Positions 12,358-28,002 are shown, counted from the stretch's first letter. The stretch: DNA of 64,000 nucleotides from Nymphaea colorata (GCF_008831285.2 NC_045138.2:33666001-33730000); one strand, 5' to 3'. Made by a program: numbers and translations. The notes: a model not told the origin generated them from the sequence alone.

Positions 12358-15300
12358 GAGCAAGATTTCTGAAGAGGCTTAGAACATCAATCAGATTCGA
12401 TCGTGAAATATGTGAACTAGAACCGACGTCCTCCTTTTCTTTTCAGTTTTATTTTTTATTTTTACCGTCATATCAGCTTTCCATGAAGTTGATAAAAGGA
12501 ATAGTTCACTACCTGCTTTCACGGAGATCCTGACAAGAGTGGTAGTCTTTTCAGTATCCACCGTGAGAAATTGAGGAGATGACATGACTTGGTTACTGCA
12601 TGGTACTGTTGGATCAATCATGCACAATGGTGGCTCCCCGAACTGTTGATCTTTGACTCTGAGAGGGGTGAGGAGAAAAGTATACCCAGATTCATGGTTA
12701 CTCTTTGTTGGATTTACTCCGCGCATGTTTTGATTTGGATATAAATTAGTACTTACGTTCTGATACTAACGAAGTGCCAACGGCTGGAGTTCGTGGCAGA
12801 AGAAATGTTCTTAGTGTTCCTGTAATAAAAACTAGTAACAGAGTTAAAGATTTACTTACATGAGCATTTTTCCTTTAATTTTCTCTGAGTTAATTTCTTT
12901 TTTTTTTCTCCTGCTTTTGCCATGACATTCATCACCCGTGGTTCCTCTTGTATATAACGAAACATAATTAACTGTAGCTGCTTTTTTCCAGGTTCGTACT
13001 CAAGGATAGGACATGCTTCTTAGTTATGATCTCTATTACAAATTGTATACTAAGTTGAATATGCGCCACTTATTGTTGTACAAGAAAAAACATTTGCAAT
13101 ATGAGACCAACACAAAAATGGTTTAGTTATCTAAACAAGAAAAAACATGAAGCATAAAATGAAAATCGTATTTGATATGCATGATTTCTAAGAGAAACAG
13201 AAAACGTAAAAGCGTAAAAGATTCGCTGCCAATGGACAGTTTCTGTTGGCCAAAGTTGCAACATACTCCAAATTCTCTTGGTTTTTTCCTCTTGTTCAAA
13301 AGCCTCGCAACTTCATAACACTTGGTCATTAACACAAGAAGCTAGAATTAGGAGACTATTAAACTGGCATTAGTGTAATGTGGAACCACAACCGACCTTA
13401 CAGGGCAACATTGCGCGTCTCGTCCTTACCTAACCAGGCCTACAAAAGGTGAAAGGAAAAGAACAATCAGAAAGGAAAATGTCTATTTGCTGCAAGACAT
13501 GGATCGCCGAACAAAGCCAAAATGTTGGAAAAAGCAAAAGTGCAGCAAGGCCTAGATGTTGAAATAGGCTTCCGTCAGTCTTTTCAACCTCTTCAAACAA
13601 GCAGCGGTTTCTTTAATTTGAAGTATATGTGAATCTCGAGAGCTTGAAGAAATACAGCGAACTCTTGGGACAGTTTTTCACGGCTAAACTCGTAGCCAGT
13701 TTTGGAGCCTTTCAAATAGGAGACTTCCATGGATATTTAATTCGGACAACTATGGTGATGTACAGATCTTGGAAAGCATTCAACAATTGGGCTCTTTTAA
13801 CCATGCCCGAGTTGATAGAGTAGAAATTTAAACCCCCTAAGAATTAAACTTGCAGAAAACTGTGGAGCATATATAACTGTGCAGCTTGTTCGCTATCTTG
13901 GCCCTTGACATTGTAGGATGAGGATAATGAGAAGTTGATGTTGGCTGGTTTCTCTCCATGAGAATGGGTAGAATAATATGAGTTTGTTTTTTAACTGAAT
14001 AGTTTTCCCAAGGAAGGTAGGTAATAATAGCATGTGAATGCCGACACAATACAAGTTGATGATCCTTAAACAGGACGGGAAGTTGTGGAGAATAATACCC
14101 AACCAGTTGGCCTAGTTGAGCATCATGCGTAGCCCCTAGACATTGTGATGGCGTTGGACGGCGGCATGCTGGCAGACCATAACAGTGAATGTGCCAAAAC
14201 ATTTTTGACACTTTTATGGATAGCTGCTTATAAGAGGCCTTGTAACAGCTGTGCTTGCACCACCATGATTGTCCATTTTCTCTAAGCGCTCTAGTTCTTT
14301 CCTTAACCTCATCTGTTACGATGTCTGTCTGTGCTCCTGTGCTTCACCATCATAGTAATAAATATTGTCGTCTTTAAAGAAGAAAAAGAAACAGAAAAGG
14401 GGAAAGATATGGAATGGCCTGTCTCTGTTAAAAAACTAATCTCAACTCTCAAGGTACGTTATTTTCTTTCTATGTTTACCTTTTGTGAAGCTTGTCGTAT
14501 GTTTTTTTAACTTTCTCACTTCTTGATACTAAACCGTTAGAAGCTCAATCGTTCAAACTTGATCTTATCTTTTGATACTTTAATTTTAAGCGTTCAGTCT
14601 ACACCAATGGTATCAACAGTAATCGTAATATACTATTGTGATGTCCATGATAATAGTAAGCATATGCAGACAGGGTACCAACGCCTGCACTAGCATGAGC
14701 TTTTTGACATTAAGCCTTGATATCACAACTCATAGAAGTGAAAGCAAAAGGAGAATATACAGAAAGCCATCTTCAAGAGCTAGTATATAGACACTATCAG
14801 CCTTCGCTAACAAGAGGAATCATAGAAAGGGACCTATCATTCTCCACAAGGATGGAGAACCACAGACAGAGTTGCTTGTTCCACAATGACTCGAGAAAAG
14901 CATCAATCCTTTGAGACCCTTCACCAATCTCCTTACGCGCAAAGAAGACATGGTGGACCTTCTGTTCTTATGTTGTTCATTATTGGAAGAACTCTCAGAC
15001 AATATACAGCCTAGTCTATGGACGAGGAAGCTAGGCAGCTATAAGCCTACTTCGTACAATTACAGAAGAAAGACGGTTGCATCAGAGGAAGGATGTGGGT
15101 GCAGAGTTTCTGCTACAGAACTTATGATGCCATACACGTTACACATGCACATGCTTCATTCATGATTGGTGGTCACTGGGAGAGATAATCACCTCTTGCT
15201 TGACTTCTCGAATCATTCATGATGGGTTGTCAAAGACTGACCTCCAGTACATCTCACTTCCAAGTTTCAGCTGGAATAAGGCCCTATAATTGAGAAAGAA

Positions 15301-17947
15301 AACGAAAACACGTTTGGATCCTCTAAGGATTAGATAAACCAAACTCAGTCACCTACACCTGAAAATCCTTTTTCTTTGTTTCTTTATAAATAAAAAAAAA
15401 ACAGATATTAGTAGTTGTAACACAAATTAGACCTCTGTCTCTCCTATGAAATTTGATGAGCCATACCTGATCGAGACCACATCTTTCATTATGACATTCT
15501 TCTTTATCACCAACTCCAGACTCCTATATCACCAAATCCAGATCTGCTAACATCCTTTGATGAATGGGTTATTGCTCATTGTCTTTACTTGGTGATAAAT
15601 CTGATGTCATGAATGCTCGGTACATTGTTCGTCAATGGAACAGAAGACAGGCTTAGTCGCGCGGAGCTTATGTCAACTTGATTGGCCATTCTCTATGGAT
15701 TATTTTGTATGTTATGCATGTACCATGGTCAAAGGGAAAGCATTAAAATATTCATAACGATAAATCTAACATTAGATCTCTTTTGCTTAGTGAAATAGCA
15801 TGCATGCAAAACTGAAAAGATTAGGAACCGCTGAGCGCCAAGGCACTATACGAATTAGACGTTTTCTTCGACAAGATTCATGCTTTCAACATGGATGCAG
15901 TCTCATCTTCCTCCCTATAAAGACTACTCATCTGACAGAGGCGACTTGTGAGCGTTCCCAAACTGATGGGATGTTGATTACCAGTGACATCCTTTGCCAC
16001 AAGGTCAAAACAGAAAGTAATCAGGCAGCGGGGAGGGAGGACAGCTAGACTTAACCAACTGGAGATTTGACAATATCTGGTTCATGACAGGAAAGTCTTC
16101 CTCAAACTTTTTTTTAGCTTGTCTATTATCTGGTCTAACGGTATCGGTTGCAGGACTTTTAATTTACCTTTTAATGCCGAAAACATAGTACAGATCAGGC
16201 ACAAACATAATCTGTTGGACAAATACAATTCTATTAGAAACCAGCAAATCTTCACAATACCCTGATTGCCTCGCGTTGTCCAATTACATGCATTCCTGCC
16301 CTGAAGTACATCTTTGGTTATGATTTCTACCTAAAAGATGTAATTGCATGTAAGCTTCTTCAAGTTTTCTGTCTAATTAAGACTCCAAGGTTCAATAAAC
16401 TTTCCCCAATTTGTGGCCAAGCACATAAAGCAAATATACATGATGCCCTCCTGCATTTAAGTGAGAAGCCACCACCTTCGATCATATTAGTATTTCCATT
16501 ATAAATTATTGCGATCCGAAAAGCCAAAGAGAAGCCCCTCCATCCCGGCCTAACTCGTACCCCACCTGAGTTTCTTTGACAAATACTGCCCCTGCGTGAC
16601 TAACTCAGATGACATGCACTCCGGGGTTGGCCGTAGACGCCGTACCAAAATAATTAGAGGCGACGATGCCAGGGATCTGCCATGTGCCGCCTTCTGCTGG
16701 GTTCGGCTATGGCATCGAAGAGAACAGGTTCAGAAAGCCTCACCCATGTTGGTTCAGTTCTGCTGGCAACCGGGCCACTGTGTTCGTTCACCGTGTGAGA
16801 CTTGCGCCAGTTGAAGACGGCAAGCTGAAGCAGATCAAGTTTCAACTCTCTCATTATTTTTTATTAATAGTGTATATCTTAATAAAGCTTAGTGGTCGGA
16901 GCCTAACTGAAATTATATTTTACTTCTTTGAAGTTCCTTTGTCATGAGGATTTAGAACCTGGCATCCATCTTGGTTCTTGGAGCCCACACTATATGTCAT
17001 GCATGGCTGATTGTACATTTTCGGAGTATACTGAACAAGCCAACATTATATTGTCCTTTCCCCCTAAATGCAAGGGGTTGTTCATTACTTTTGGCTTTTT
17101 AATATGTTCATAAACATTAAGGGCCGGGCATTAGAGACATGTCACGTCCTAATTCAATCATGCCATGCGTCTCGGCCACTTGCTTAACAGGCAACATGAG
17201 CACGCCTCAAACGAAAAGAAGGGATCAAGAGCATCAACTTTAAGGAGAATTCATTTTATCTACCTCATCATTAAACAAAACTGAGATGTCAGAGTATGTC
17301 AAGCTGTTAAGATTGGTATATAACTTTTAAAAGGGTAGAAACACTAAATATGAATCAGAAATTTTTTATGAGAGTGACGAATTATAGTTTTATAATTTTG
17401 ACAAGGATGGAAATATCATCTTTTAAAATTTCTGTATTACATAAATAAAAATTTTCAAATTTTATATGTAAAATTAAGACTTTTTTTTTAAAGGAGGCAG
17501 GGCCCCTGCCAACCCTCCTCTTCCCTTATGACATTGATATGTACATAATTTTTTAAAAAGTTAACCGACACTTATGTGTACAAGTCATCAAGATTTCTTG
17601 CAGTTGGTCGCTTTTATAATCGTAGATTTTAACATAATAAAGTGGTTGAGATTAGCGAATAACTACGACTTACAAGGATCTTTGATCATGCTTTACACAC
17701 ACACATATATATATATATATAGTGAGCTTTAACAATGTCTTTTTCCAAAAAAAAATTAAGAGGTAAGAATTAGTAGAAATCATTTTGGTAGGAGCTGACC
17801 GTTCAATTTTTCCTATAGCAGTCAACGACTCAACTTTAGCAGATGAAGCAGGAAACAAAATAGGGTAAAAAAACGATCATCAATCTTTGATCCTTGTAAA
17901 TCAGTGAGTCTACTGCTGTAAATTAGAGTCGCTAGCCCGCACCATTC

Positions 17948-17955
17948 TATATATA
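17948..17955 (+). promoter_or_regulatory. Probable TATA box of the GH3 gene
   Basis: cTATATATAg about 210 bp upstream of the ATG, followed by a CT-rich 5'UTR-like stretch. Confidence 0.55.
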
Positions 17956-18159
17956 GAGGGTCAGTGGAGTACTGCCGCCACGGCCCATTCGCCTCAACAT
18001 CCTGATAACCCATTCTCAACCTCATTCCTCTCTTCTTCACTATTCTCTCTCTCCTTACAGATCCATTCCCCAGCAGCACTTCCCCAGAGCACATTCACAT
18101 CCTTCTTCTTCTTTCGTCATCACTGAGCCATCATTATTGAGAACCCACTTTCTGTAGCC

Positions 18160-20665
18160 ATGCCGGAAGCACCAAAAGACTCATTTGCCTTCACACCAAA
18201 GGCATTCAATCAGCATAGTGAAGCGCTGCAATACATTGAGGATGTAACCAACAATGCCAATCAGGTCCAGGCGAGGGTGCTTGGCGAGATCTTGTCGCAT
18301 AATGCGCAAGTTGAGTACTTGCGGCGGTGTGGCCTGGACGGCCGCACCGCCGACAGGCAGAATTTCAAGAATCTCTTGCCGGTGATCAGCTACGAAGACA
18401 TAAAGCCAGATATAGATCGAATTGCGAATGGTGATAAATCTCCGATCCTCTCATCCTACCCCATATCAGAATTCCTTACAAGGTAACATATAGCCCTAGA
18501 ACTTTAGCTGGCACTCAGTTGAGTAAGAATTTAGGATATGTCGTGCAGACGATGCGACGACAATGATATTGCACCATTTTCAAGAAACAAAAGTGAAAAG
18601 AGAAAAAACTTTTGCATGATCAGCTACCATCTTCTACGGCCAGCTGTAATTGTACCTGCAGATTTTTTATTCTGCTGGACTTTGTCGTGCATATATAATA
18701 GCCGTTCTCTGAAACACCATCCACCATTTTCTTGCTTTTCTAATCATATATTGCTTCTGTTGTTTTCTTTGTGACACAGTTCTGGAACATCAGGAGGAGA
18801 AAGAAAGCTGATGCCCACCATAGAGCAAGAGTTGGAAAGGAGGTCCTTGCTCTACAGCCTGCTCATGCCTGTCATGGACCAGTTTGTTCCTGGCCTTGAC
18901 AAGGGCAAAGGAATGTACTTCCTGTTTGTGAAGTCTGAAGCCAAGACACCAGGAGGCCTAGTAGCCAGGCCTGTGCTCACCAGCTACTACAAGAGCAAGC
19001 ACTTCACCGAGAGGCCCTTTGATCCATACACCAACTATACTAGCCCGGATGAAACTATCCTCTGCCCGGACCCCTTCCAGAGCATGTACTCCCAGCTTCT
19101 CTGTGGCCTCATCCAGCACAAAGAGGTTCTGCGTGTCGGGGCCGTTTTCGCTTCTGGGTTTATCCGAGCTATCAAATTTCTTGAACACAACTGGACAGAG
19201 CTTGCTCGTGACATCCGAAACGGCCATCTCAATTCTCGGATCACTGACCTCTCTGTCAGGGAGGCTGTGACTAAAATCCTCAAACCAGACCCTGAGCTTG
19301 CCGAACTGATAGAAGGGGAATGCATGAAGAACTCATGGCAAGGGATCATTCCCAGGCTGTGGCCTAACACTAAGTATATTGATATTATAGTGACAGGTAC
19401 CATGGCACAGTACATACCAACACTTGATTTCTATTGCAATCGACTGCCACTTGTGTGCACTATGTATGCATCTTCCGAGTGTTATTTCGGCCTAAACCTT
19501 AACCCTTTGTCTGATCCCAAGGATGTGTGTTATACCCTAATTCCAACCATGGCCTACTTCGAGTTCCTTCCTGTTCATAGGAACAATGGTGTCACAGATC
19601 CCCATGTCATCTCCAAAACGCAGTGGGAGAAAGAAGAGAAGGAGCTTGTGGAACTTGTTGATGTGAAGCTTGGCCATGAGTATGAACTTGTGGTCACCAC
19701 ATTTGCAGGTCAGAAGCATACCTTTTTATTATAAATATCGTCATCATCTTTATCATTATCATCTTCATTACTGTTATTATATTGAAAGGCTGAAGAAAAC
19801 TGCCTTGCAGACGATTCAGGAAGGACACGGCTTGGTAAAATTGGCCTTTTTCTATATATGCAATGTGCTGCAGAATATTCATTGTTTTGCATTCTGTTGT
19901 TTTCAAACTCATGATATCCCACTAAGTTTGTGATTATACTTACAAGAGTATTCTTTCCAGCTGCTGCCAAACTTGTTTTCGTGCTTCTTAAAGAAAAGAC
20001 AATGAAATTCTCCTTTTCTGTTTGTTTCTTCTCAAAGACACTTATTGGGCCTCTTCTTTCTTTCTTTTTGTTGGGTAATAGGATTGTATCGCTACAGAGT
20101 TGGTGATGTGCTTAGAGTTGCCGGATTCAAGAACAAAGCGCCCCAATTTCAGTTCATCTGCCGAAAAAATGTGGCTCTCAGCATCGACTCCGATAAGACG
20201 GACGAGGTCGAGCTCCAAAATGCGGTGAAGAATGCCATACACCACCTGGAGCCATTTGGAGCCACTCTGGTTGACTACACCAGCCATGCAAACACTAGCA
20301 CCATACCAGGCCACTATGTCCTATTCTGGGAGCTAAAAAATGGTGCAACTCCAGTGCCGCCCAGTGTCTTCGAGGACTGCTGCCTCACCATAGAGGAGTC
20401 CCTCAACAGTGTCTACCGGCAAGGGCGAGCTGCCGATAAATCGATCGGGCCGCTGGAGATCAAGGTGGTCGAGGCCGGAACTTTCGACAAACTGATGGAC
20501 TATGCCTTGACCAATGGGTCCTCAATCAACCAGTATAAGACTCCAAGGTGTGTCAAGTTCACACCCATAATTGAGTTACTCAATTCCACTGCCCTGTCTA
20601 GCTACTGTAGTCCTAAGTGCCCGAAATGGGCACCTGGGCACAAGAAATGGGGCACTCATAATTAG
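18160..20665 (+). CDS. GH3.6: Indole-3-acetic acid-amido synthetase, GH3 group II (GH3.5/GH3.6-like); exons 18160-18482, 18780-19708, 20082-20665 (611 aa)
   Basis: MPEAPK N-terminus. Motifs [13 protein letters not shown] (across intron 1), [20 protein letters not shown] and [15 protein letters not shown] introns, 1836 nt in frame. The GH3.5 vs GH3.6 distinction is tentative. Confidence 0.93.
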
Positions 20666-23359
20666 CTCTGGTTCTTCCTTTCCATTCAGGAACTAGCCTA
20701 GCCCCCTTCTTTTGACCACTATTTTCTAGTTAGAATTTGGAATTCCGAAGTCCGTCTTTAGTCGTCCTGTTGGTACGTGTTATGTTTAAGTCTTACTGAA
20801 GAAATTCCCCCCATGTAAAAAGCAGTTCGCATGTTAAAGACTTCCCCTTTCTAATGTTGTTTGGTTTGCAGGAAAAAGAAATATGAGAAAGCGAGAGAGA
20901 GAGAGAGAGAGAGGAGGCGCAGAGTGAAAAATATAAATCGAAGAAAAATCCAAACAACAGAATATTGCACCATCAAGATAATCATGATCTGTGACTTCAA
21001 TTTGGAAACTGACCATGACGCTTGACCAAGGAACAAAACATGAGACTTCGAGTGATTTCAGCCATGACACGATATATCTTGCATGGTTGGGGCTTCGTAC
21101 AGATTGATGGATACAGAAGAAGACAGAAACCAGCCTCGTGCATAAACCAATAACGCAGATCAAAATCTAAGCCATATCGATCGAGCTTGTCATTTTGGCC
21201 TTGTGCTTTGATCATGGCATCCACTTAACAAATGTTGCAGATGGGACCTCGTTATGTATGGACATTATTTTGACCATATAACTTATCTTTTATTCTACGA
21301 CGAAAACATTTTTCTAATATTAAAGCATAAAACTGTCATTAAAAAACTAATAGACTTGTCTCCTCTTGCCTTATTTTCCAAAGACATAACGGATACGCAT
21401 CAGGAAGACAGGAACTTGTGGCACCCATCAGATCGCCCCATTATCTTTCTGACATGGGTCCAGATCCATCAAGACAAGAAGAATAGAAACAAAAGACATT
21501 ATGGCTTCTCCTTCTCTAACATTAATGAAATAAATTCATCCTTGGGACTCATTTTTCATGCTATATTTGTGTAGACGAACCAATCATAACATCCTCATGA
21601 AATAACATGTAAAACAGCGCTTCTCATCGATAAGTGAGCGGCCTTCTCGATATCCGCATCAAACATAGAACTGTGGTTCATATCTGAATGCGGTTGCACA
21701 CACTCACATACATTTATATATAGGATCTGATCAAAGTCAGACTAGTCCCGGCAGAACTAGGACCTGGGAAGTCTAATTAATATACAGCAGCTTAGACATG
21801 TATCATGTGGCAAGCACCGCAACAAGGCTAAGCCAACACAGCCAACAGTCTGCGCAGATTAGGGAGCATAATGACAATATATCACGAAACAGAACTGTGT
21901 TGCATAATTCGTGGAGGTCTGATTGTGATGCAAAATCAGTCATTATATCATGCATTACTTCGCCGAAAACGTCATTTTCCTTAAGATCTCTTCCATAATT
22001 ATGTGATTCTGTTGCTAACTCGGGATTCCTAACCTGCGTGCCGGTAAGTGATACCACTGATTGGAATCTTAGCCGCGTGCTTAGGCATGCCAAATGAGAG
22101 ATCATCCATCCTACTTAATGTTGGTTCGTCATGACGACCCACTTAGTTATAAAAATGGTGTGAGGACCATCCTGGCCAGAGAGTCTTTCCTCCCGGCCGG
22201 CTCGACGGCATAATGACCAGCACCAGGTCAAGGCCCCTTTAATCTGTGGGCTGGGAAATAGACAGGCTTGTTTGGTGTAGAAGTGGCTAAGTAATTGACC
22301 CACACCACCGTCGGGAAAAGGCCATATAATGGTTCCATGAGCTAAGTCCAAACTGTAGATGCACGGCACAACCCCACCCGAAAGTATGGAATCTTTGGAC
22401 TTGCAAAAGAAAAGTTTGGGTGGAGGAGGAGATAAACCTAGCCATGCACAGAGGAGACAGGATGTAGACTGGTCAGTGCAAGAAGGCTGGCTTTGCATGA
22501 GCCAAGTCATGGTTAGAGGAGACAGAAGACAGACTATTCAGTATGGATTATGTCCACCAATTGCCAAATTGGTCCTACCTTCTGAGCCACCCGTAGTCTT
22601 GCCTATCATAGTGGGGCGGTTAACTGTATGCCGCCCACTTACAGCTTCATACAGTTAGGTGTACAGTAACCTTCACCTTCTTAGGCCTTCAATCTCTTCT
22701 AAGTAAAGTTGCTTCAGTTAGAATTCCTATTCGAATTTGGCAGTGCAATCTTACATAATACAATATGTGTGTGATCAATCAAATAGAACAAGCAGTTCTA
22801 CTGAACCAGATGGACTTGTACCGATAGACTCTTCCTGATTCAGCCTCCACCAGGTTATTTGCAGGAAGCTCGATTCGGGCGGCCAAATGTAGAGCAATTT
22901 TAAAAGGTTACGATGTATTGGTCCCTGCATCATTCTGGTGTCCAGAATCCGATCCGATGCTGATCAGTATTTGCAACGATGTTAATTACAGAGTTGCTGG
23001 CCTGAAAGCTCACCTAACTGCGTAAATTGGTTCACAGTTTTAAGTTGAAAAGGATTTAAGAGAGCTGGTTGCTCAACTCACTGTGTGGCGCTGTTTTACA
23101 TGCCCCAAGTGATAAGGAGGCGCTTTTGGTGAGGATGGCAGGTACAATAAACGGGTAGTTGTATGCTAAAAAGCGAATGTGAAAGTTGGAAATGTAAACA
23201 TGAACCTCTCTAGCCACCTACCAGATTTTTATAAATCAAGGAAAATCCATGGGGTTCTGTTCCTGTATTTAAGATTTTTGTTAAGAATGGTTGGAGAAAA
23301 AGAAATCCTTCACTTGTGTAGTTGACAACTTGAAGAGAATGGAGCCTGCTGACTTTGGA

Positions 23360-23735
23360 GCCGTAATAATTATGGATACCAATGGATTGGATTCAGATAA
23401 GATATTGGGTTCACAAAAAGCCGGATATAGAAAAAATTTAAAATTCAATTAAGAAATCAAATTCAAATGCTTTTTTAGATTCAGTTTCAATCAAATATCC
23501 TACGTTTAACATCTACATATTTCGAAAGTTGGTCCTTAACATTTCATAATGTGGTATAGGTTTGGTTTTGTATTTAAAAATTAGATTTAGATTCAGATAC
23601 GAAAATAAAACTTGGATTATGAATTTACAAAATGGATTAAGATGTGGTATATATATATATTTCTTTTGTATTTGAATCTGAATTCAAATCCGAATATGTA
23701 AACTGATTTGAATCCAGTACTTACATATCACGCCT
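23360..23735. mobile_element. Degenerate MITE-like element with GGAT/ATCC subterminal repeats
   Basis: Clusters of ggattggattcagata-like motifs on the left and aatccga/gaatcca on the right around an AT-rich core; ends and TSD not resolved. Confidence 0.35.
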
Positions 23736-26700
23736 AATAAATTGATTTTCAAGTAGATTCCTCAAAGACTAACGCATCTAGGTCGTATTTGCGTGTTTTT
23801 AGGTTTTACGTGATTTGAGATCTCGGGATCTTGAATTATATAGGACCTTATGTCCAGATTTCGATAAGAGGATCCTCATGTGCCAAATTCAACAAGGATC
23901 TTGCATCTCTTGTTTGAAAGATTCATCACGAACTAAGCAGAAGTATGCAATTTATGCATCTTTAATCTACGAACTCTCAAGTTGGACGCTGTAACAATAA
24001 TATAATTCGGTGGACAAAAAAATAAATAAATTTTATGGTCTCGAAATCCACAACTTTGTAAAACCAAACCGCACTCAAGTCCTATAGAACATACAATAAT
24101 ATCCATACCTTCTCATTTTGTCAAAAAAAGAAGCTATAATATCTTCACATTTTTGTTTATATCATCAAAATTTTCATATGCAACCACTAAAGATAAAGGC
24201 GCTTTGCTTTTGAAAAAAAAAAAACACATTTTGGTTGTTTTATTTATGTGACAGAAAGCAGAAAGTACATTAAGAAGCATTATAGACAATAGTTGCAAAT
24301 CAATGAATGTCTTTGGCATCACTTCTTTGGTACGCATAAACGCGGCCACCAAAGAAGATTAAATAAAAGAGGCATCGGGAGGTGCAGTTGCCCAATCATT
24401 GCCCTAAAACCTAAGGGTGGAAAAACTGGACCTGGACAAAAGGCAATGAGATGTTTCAGAGGCCAATTATATGAAATCTTGGAAGAATATTTTGGTGGTT
24501 TAGAGGAGCACATGGTTTTTCGAATAAATGATATTCACGACCTCAACTTTATATTTATTTACAGCCGATCTTTTGAGGAAACTCCATGCAGTTGAGATTT
24601 CTAGAACTTGAAAGCTTCACTAGTAGGGAAAAAAACTTGCCCTTCTATGTTCTTTAGTAGTTTTGAAGATGTCCTGCAGTATTATAAACAGCGGTTTTCA
24701 TCTCAAAACTCGTCAATGACATGCCATATTGGCTTATATTTGCATACATTACTCTTTCAACATAAAAAGGAAGTTATTTCTTATTATCTTGTTGAAACAT
24801 CAGCCCATATGCAGAGCTCATGCCATGCATAAACCAATATTTTTGAATGGCCCTAAATCTGCATGCACTTGCCTTATATTATATATTGCCTGATACGCAT
24901 TAATACTTGCGCTTGTTTATTTAAGAGTATTTAATGCATTTAAATGGCACGGAAAACATTTAAAGGAGACAACGGTTCTAAACTTTCCATACACACCGGT
25001 GCCCAAAATCGATCATGAGGAGTAACAAGTGTCGATTGTGGGTGCATTAATGCGTGTGTGTCTTCACGTTGTTCACGGTAGCTTCATCAGGCTTTTTCCC
25101 GAAAAAGATGCATGCCAAGTAAGTTCGGTTTATTAAAACAACCACAACCAACTTCATGAAATCTGTCACCTGTAAATTTCATTGAAACAGATAAAAATGT
25201 TAATATTCTCCATCATGAAAATCTTATGCTGCCTTGTGTATTGATTTCGTCTGAAATATTAAAGAAATTGAACTCGCGTAGAATTTGGCATTTATATGTC
25301 TCAATTAAACTCTGCAGAATTTGGCTTTTATGTTTCTTAATTAAATTTTGGTGTTCATAGCACCCTTATAGTTCAACTCAGCAAAAAGGTAGCTTACATT
25401 TAAGACGTATGAGGTTCCGCTGCCCTGTTTTGAGTTGAAGGATGTATTGTAGGTTCACTCAAACTCAGAAATAAACTAAAACCTTGAAGGTATAAGAAGG
25501 TGCAGTTTCATTTAAATAAACATTGAAAAAAATGGTGTTCATGATGCAAAGCAGGAGTCTCTTTTTTCTTTTTTCTTTTCTTTTTTGGATGATGTTTTAA
25601 CCTTTCCAGTGGTAGCAAAATTTTCTGACAGAACGCCAACAAGAAGCACCATGCAGCTGACCGGAAGTCGGTTGATGACCTTCAAATTCTTTCTAAGAAT
25701 TAGTGAAGAGACAAGAACTGGGGGCGTAAGATAAAGATTCGGAAGCTAAGTGAGAAAATGAGTGCCACTATTCAGTGACCGAGAATTTCGCTCAATCTGA
25801 ATTTGATAAGAGGGAGAGATGGGGGAGAAGATTGCTCAACCACCTGATCTTCAAACCAAGTTGCTGTTGCTGGTGATAAGAATCCGTAACCTCTGTTTGC
25901 GAATTAAAAATCGAAAAAGAAAAAGCGAGAAAAGTTAAGATTTGGTTGTGAAACGGTAGAGGAGGGAGAGTGAAGGCAGAGAGGCTGACAGGCAACGTAT
26001 TTTGCTCCGTTTTTTGCGGTTGTTTTCTCTCATTATCTAAAGAGAAGGCCAAAAAAAAAAACAAATCACACTGTAATTCCCCTGACAAACAGGCTTTTCG
26101 CCTTTCCAACCTGGGAATCCCTTTCCTGCCCCCCCCCTTCTTCCCCCACCTCGACCTCCTCTTCTCCTTTTTCTCCAATCGCCCTCGAATCTTGAAACCC
26201 CCATCTTCTTCTACCACTATTTTGACTGTATTGCCCATCTCCTCTTCAATATTCGTAGAAAAATTTTCATAATCCCATCAAATTTTCCTGTTCATAAGAA
26301 ATAAGACGCAGGTCAACCAGAAAGGTTCAATGCTCCTCATCCATCACATTAATTTCCCACATCAAGATTTTCTTTCCGTGAGAAGAATGGAAAGTTTGTT
26401 TCTTGCCATTTTCCTCTTTTCCGATCGATAAGACGACGATGAAGCAAGAGCTCATAAATTACCAAGCACTTGGAAGGAAAAAAAAAAAAAATAGTAACTA
26501 TGAGAATCCAAAGTTTAATACCAAGAAAGAAACGTAATTTGACAATACGTTGGTCGTTTTGACTCTTTCAAATCTGCTTAGATTTGGAACGAAACCGAAC
26601 TCAAAATGGCAGAAATTAACTGTCAATTAATGTCTCCGATTTTCCAATCCATTGATCTTAATTACTGCAGTCATTTTACGTGTATTTCCTTGTAAGGACT

Positions 26701-28002
26701 TCCTTTTTGTGTTTTATTGGCCGGAACGGAATGTTCTCACTTACTTGATCCAGCTCGACTATTTTTTTTTTATACATAGACTTTGTGTAAACACAATTTT
26801 ATTGAGCACCATATTCTCTTAAACAAAATGGTTTCCCTGCTTTATTCATGTATAATTTTCAAACTAAGTTCTTAAATGGCAATAAAAGCAGTTGATATTC
26901 ATGACAGCGACTACGAACGACGACCTTCAGATGTGGCAGCTAGTTATGTCAAGATTGTTGCATTAAACATATAATATTAAGAGACTAAGACTTATATGAA
27001 TCGAAATTGATATTCTCTACATTTAATTTAAACCAACAAATTTTACATAATCAATACAAAGAAGTGCGGCGCTTGTCAAAAAATGAAAAGGAAAGAAATA
27101 TATTTTTTAATGGAAAGTAAACTTAGAAGGGCAGCATGGGCGTGGACAATTTTACGGAGCGTGAATGAAAAGGCCCACTTAACATACCTTCAACAAGGGC
27201 AATATCGTCATAATGGAAAAGAACGATGGGAATATGTAAAGCCCCTCTGGCCCCCACTTTGCGGCCGTTTCCAAAATTTTCATAGAAATGAAAAAAAAGG
27301 ACTCTTCTTCAACTGGCTGCACTGTTCGCGGCAAAATAGAAAATTTCACCTCAAGCCCAACCTTTTGCAATATAATACGAAAGGGTCTCCTCACTTTAAG
27401 ACAATTGCTACTGCCCCCATAGATGTTTTTAGCGACAGACGGACCTAACTTATGAATGGAGGAGAAGATATCAGTTGAACCCATAAAAAATCAAGGGACA
27501 ATTTTCACCAACAAATAGAGGTAATTAAAATTCACGTGTGACGACTTGTCTTGCGTACGTTTCATCTGCAGTTACGCACTCTTCGACTTGTGTTAACTCC
27601 CACTTAAGTTAAAATTATACTCATGTCGTTTATTGTCTTCCTACATCGCTTCAAAATTGTAGGGAGAATAATTTGAACTTCAAACTTACTTGCAAACGAA
27701 GCAATGCACATGACTTACGAGTCCACTTCGATGTATTTGTGCTGCAAAAATTTCAACCTTGTTTCTCTCGCTTGTGTTGGAAAAATGGAAAACTAGTGGT
27801 GCACATGGGAAATATTAAAATTAGTTAAAACATCAGGGATGAAAGATCGCCTGCCAACTGTAAAATTTCGCTTTACCAAGAACAAATCTTCCTCATGGAA
27901 TCTAATGGATTTATAATCGCATGATCGGGTTTCCAGCCTTCGTCTCCCGGTAAAACCCTCCCTGAACCCACCCTCTCTCTCTCTCTCTCTCTCTCTCCAT
28001 CC

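Noticed and set aside
18958..19415. Antisense and alternate-frame ORFs over GH3, and similar ones over the AAP and gag genes
   Set aside because: Shadow ORFs of real coding sequence.
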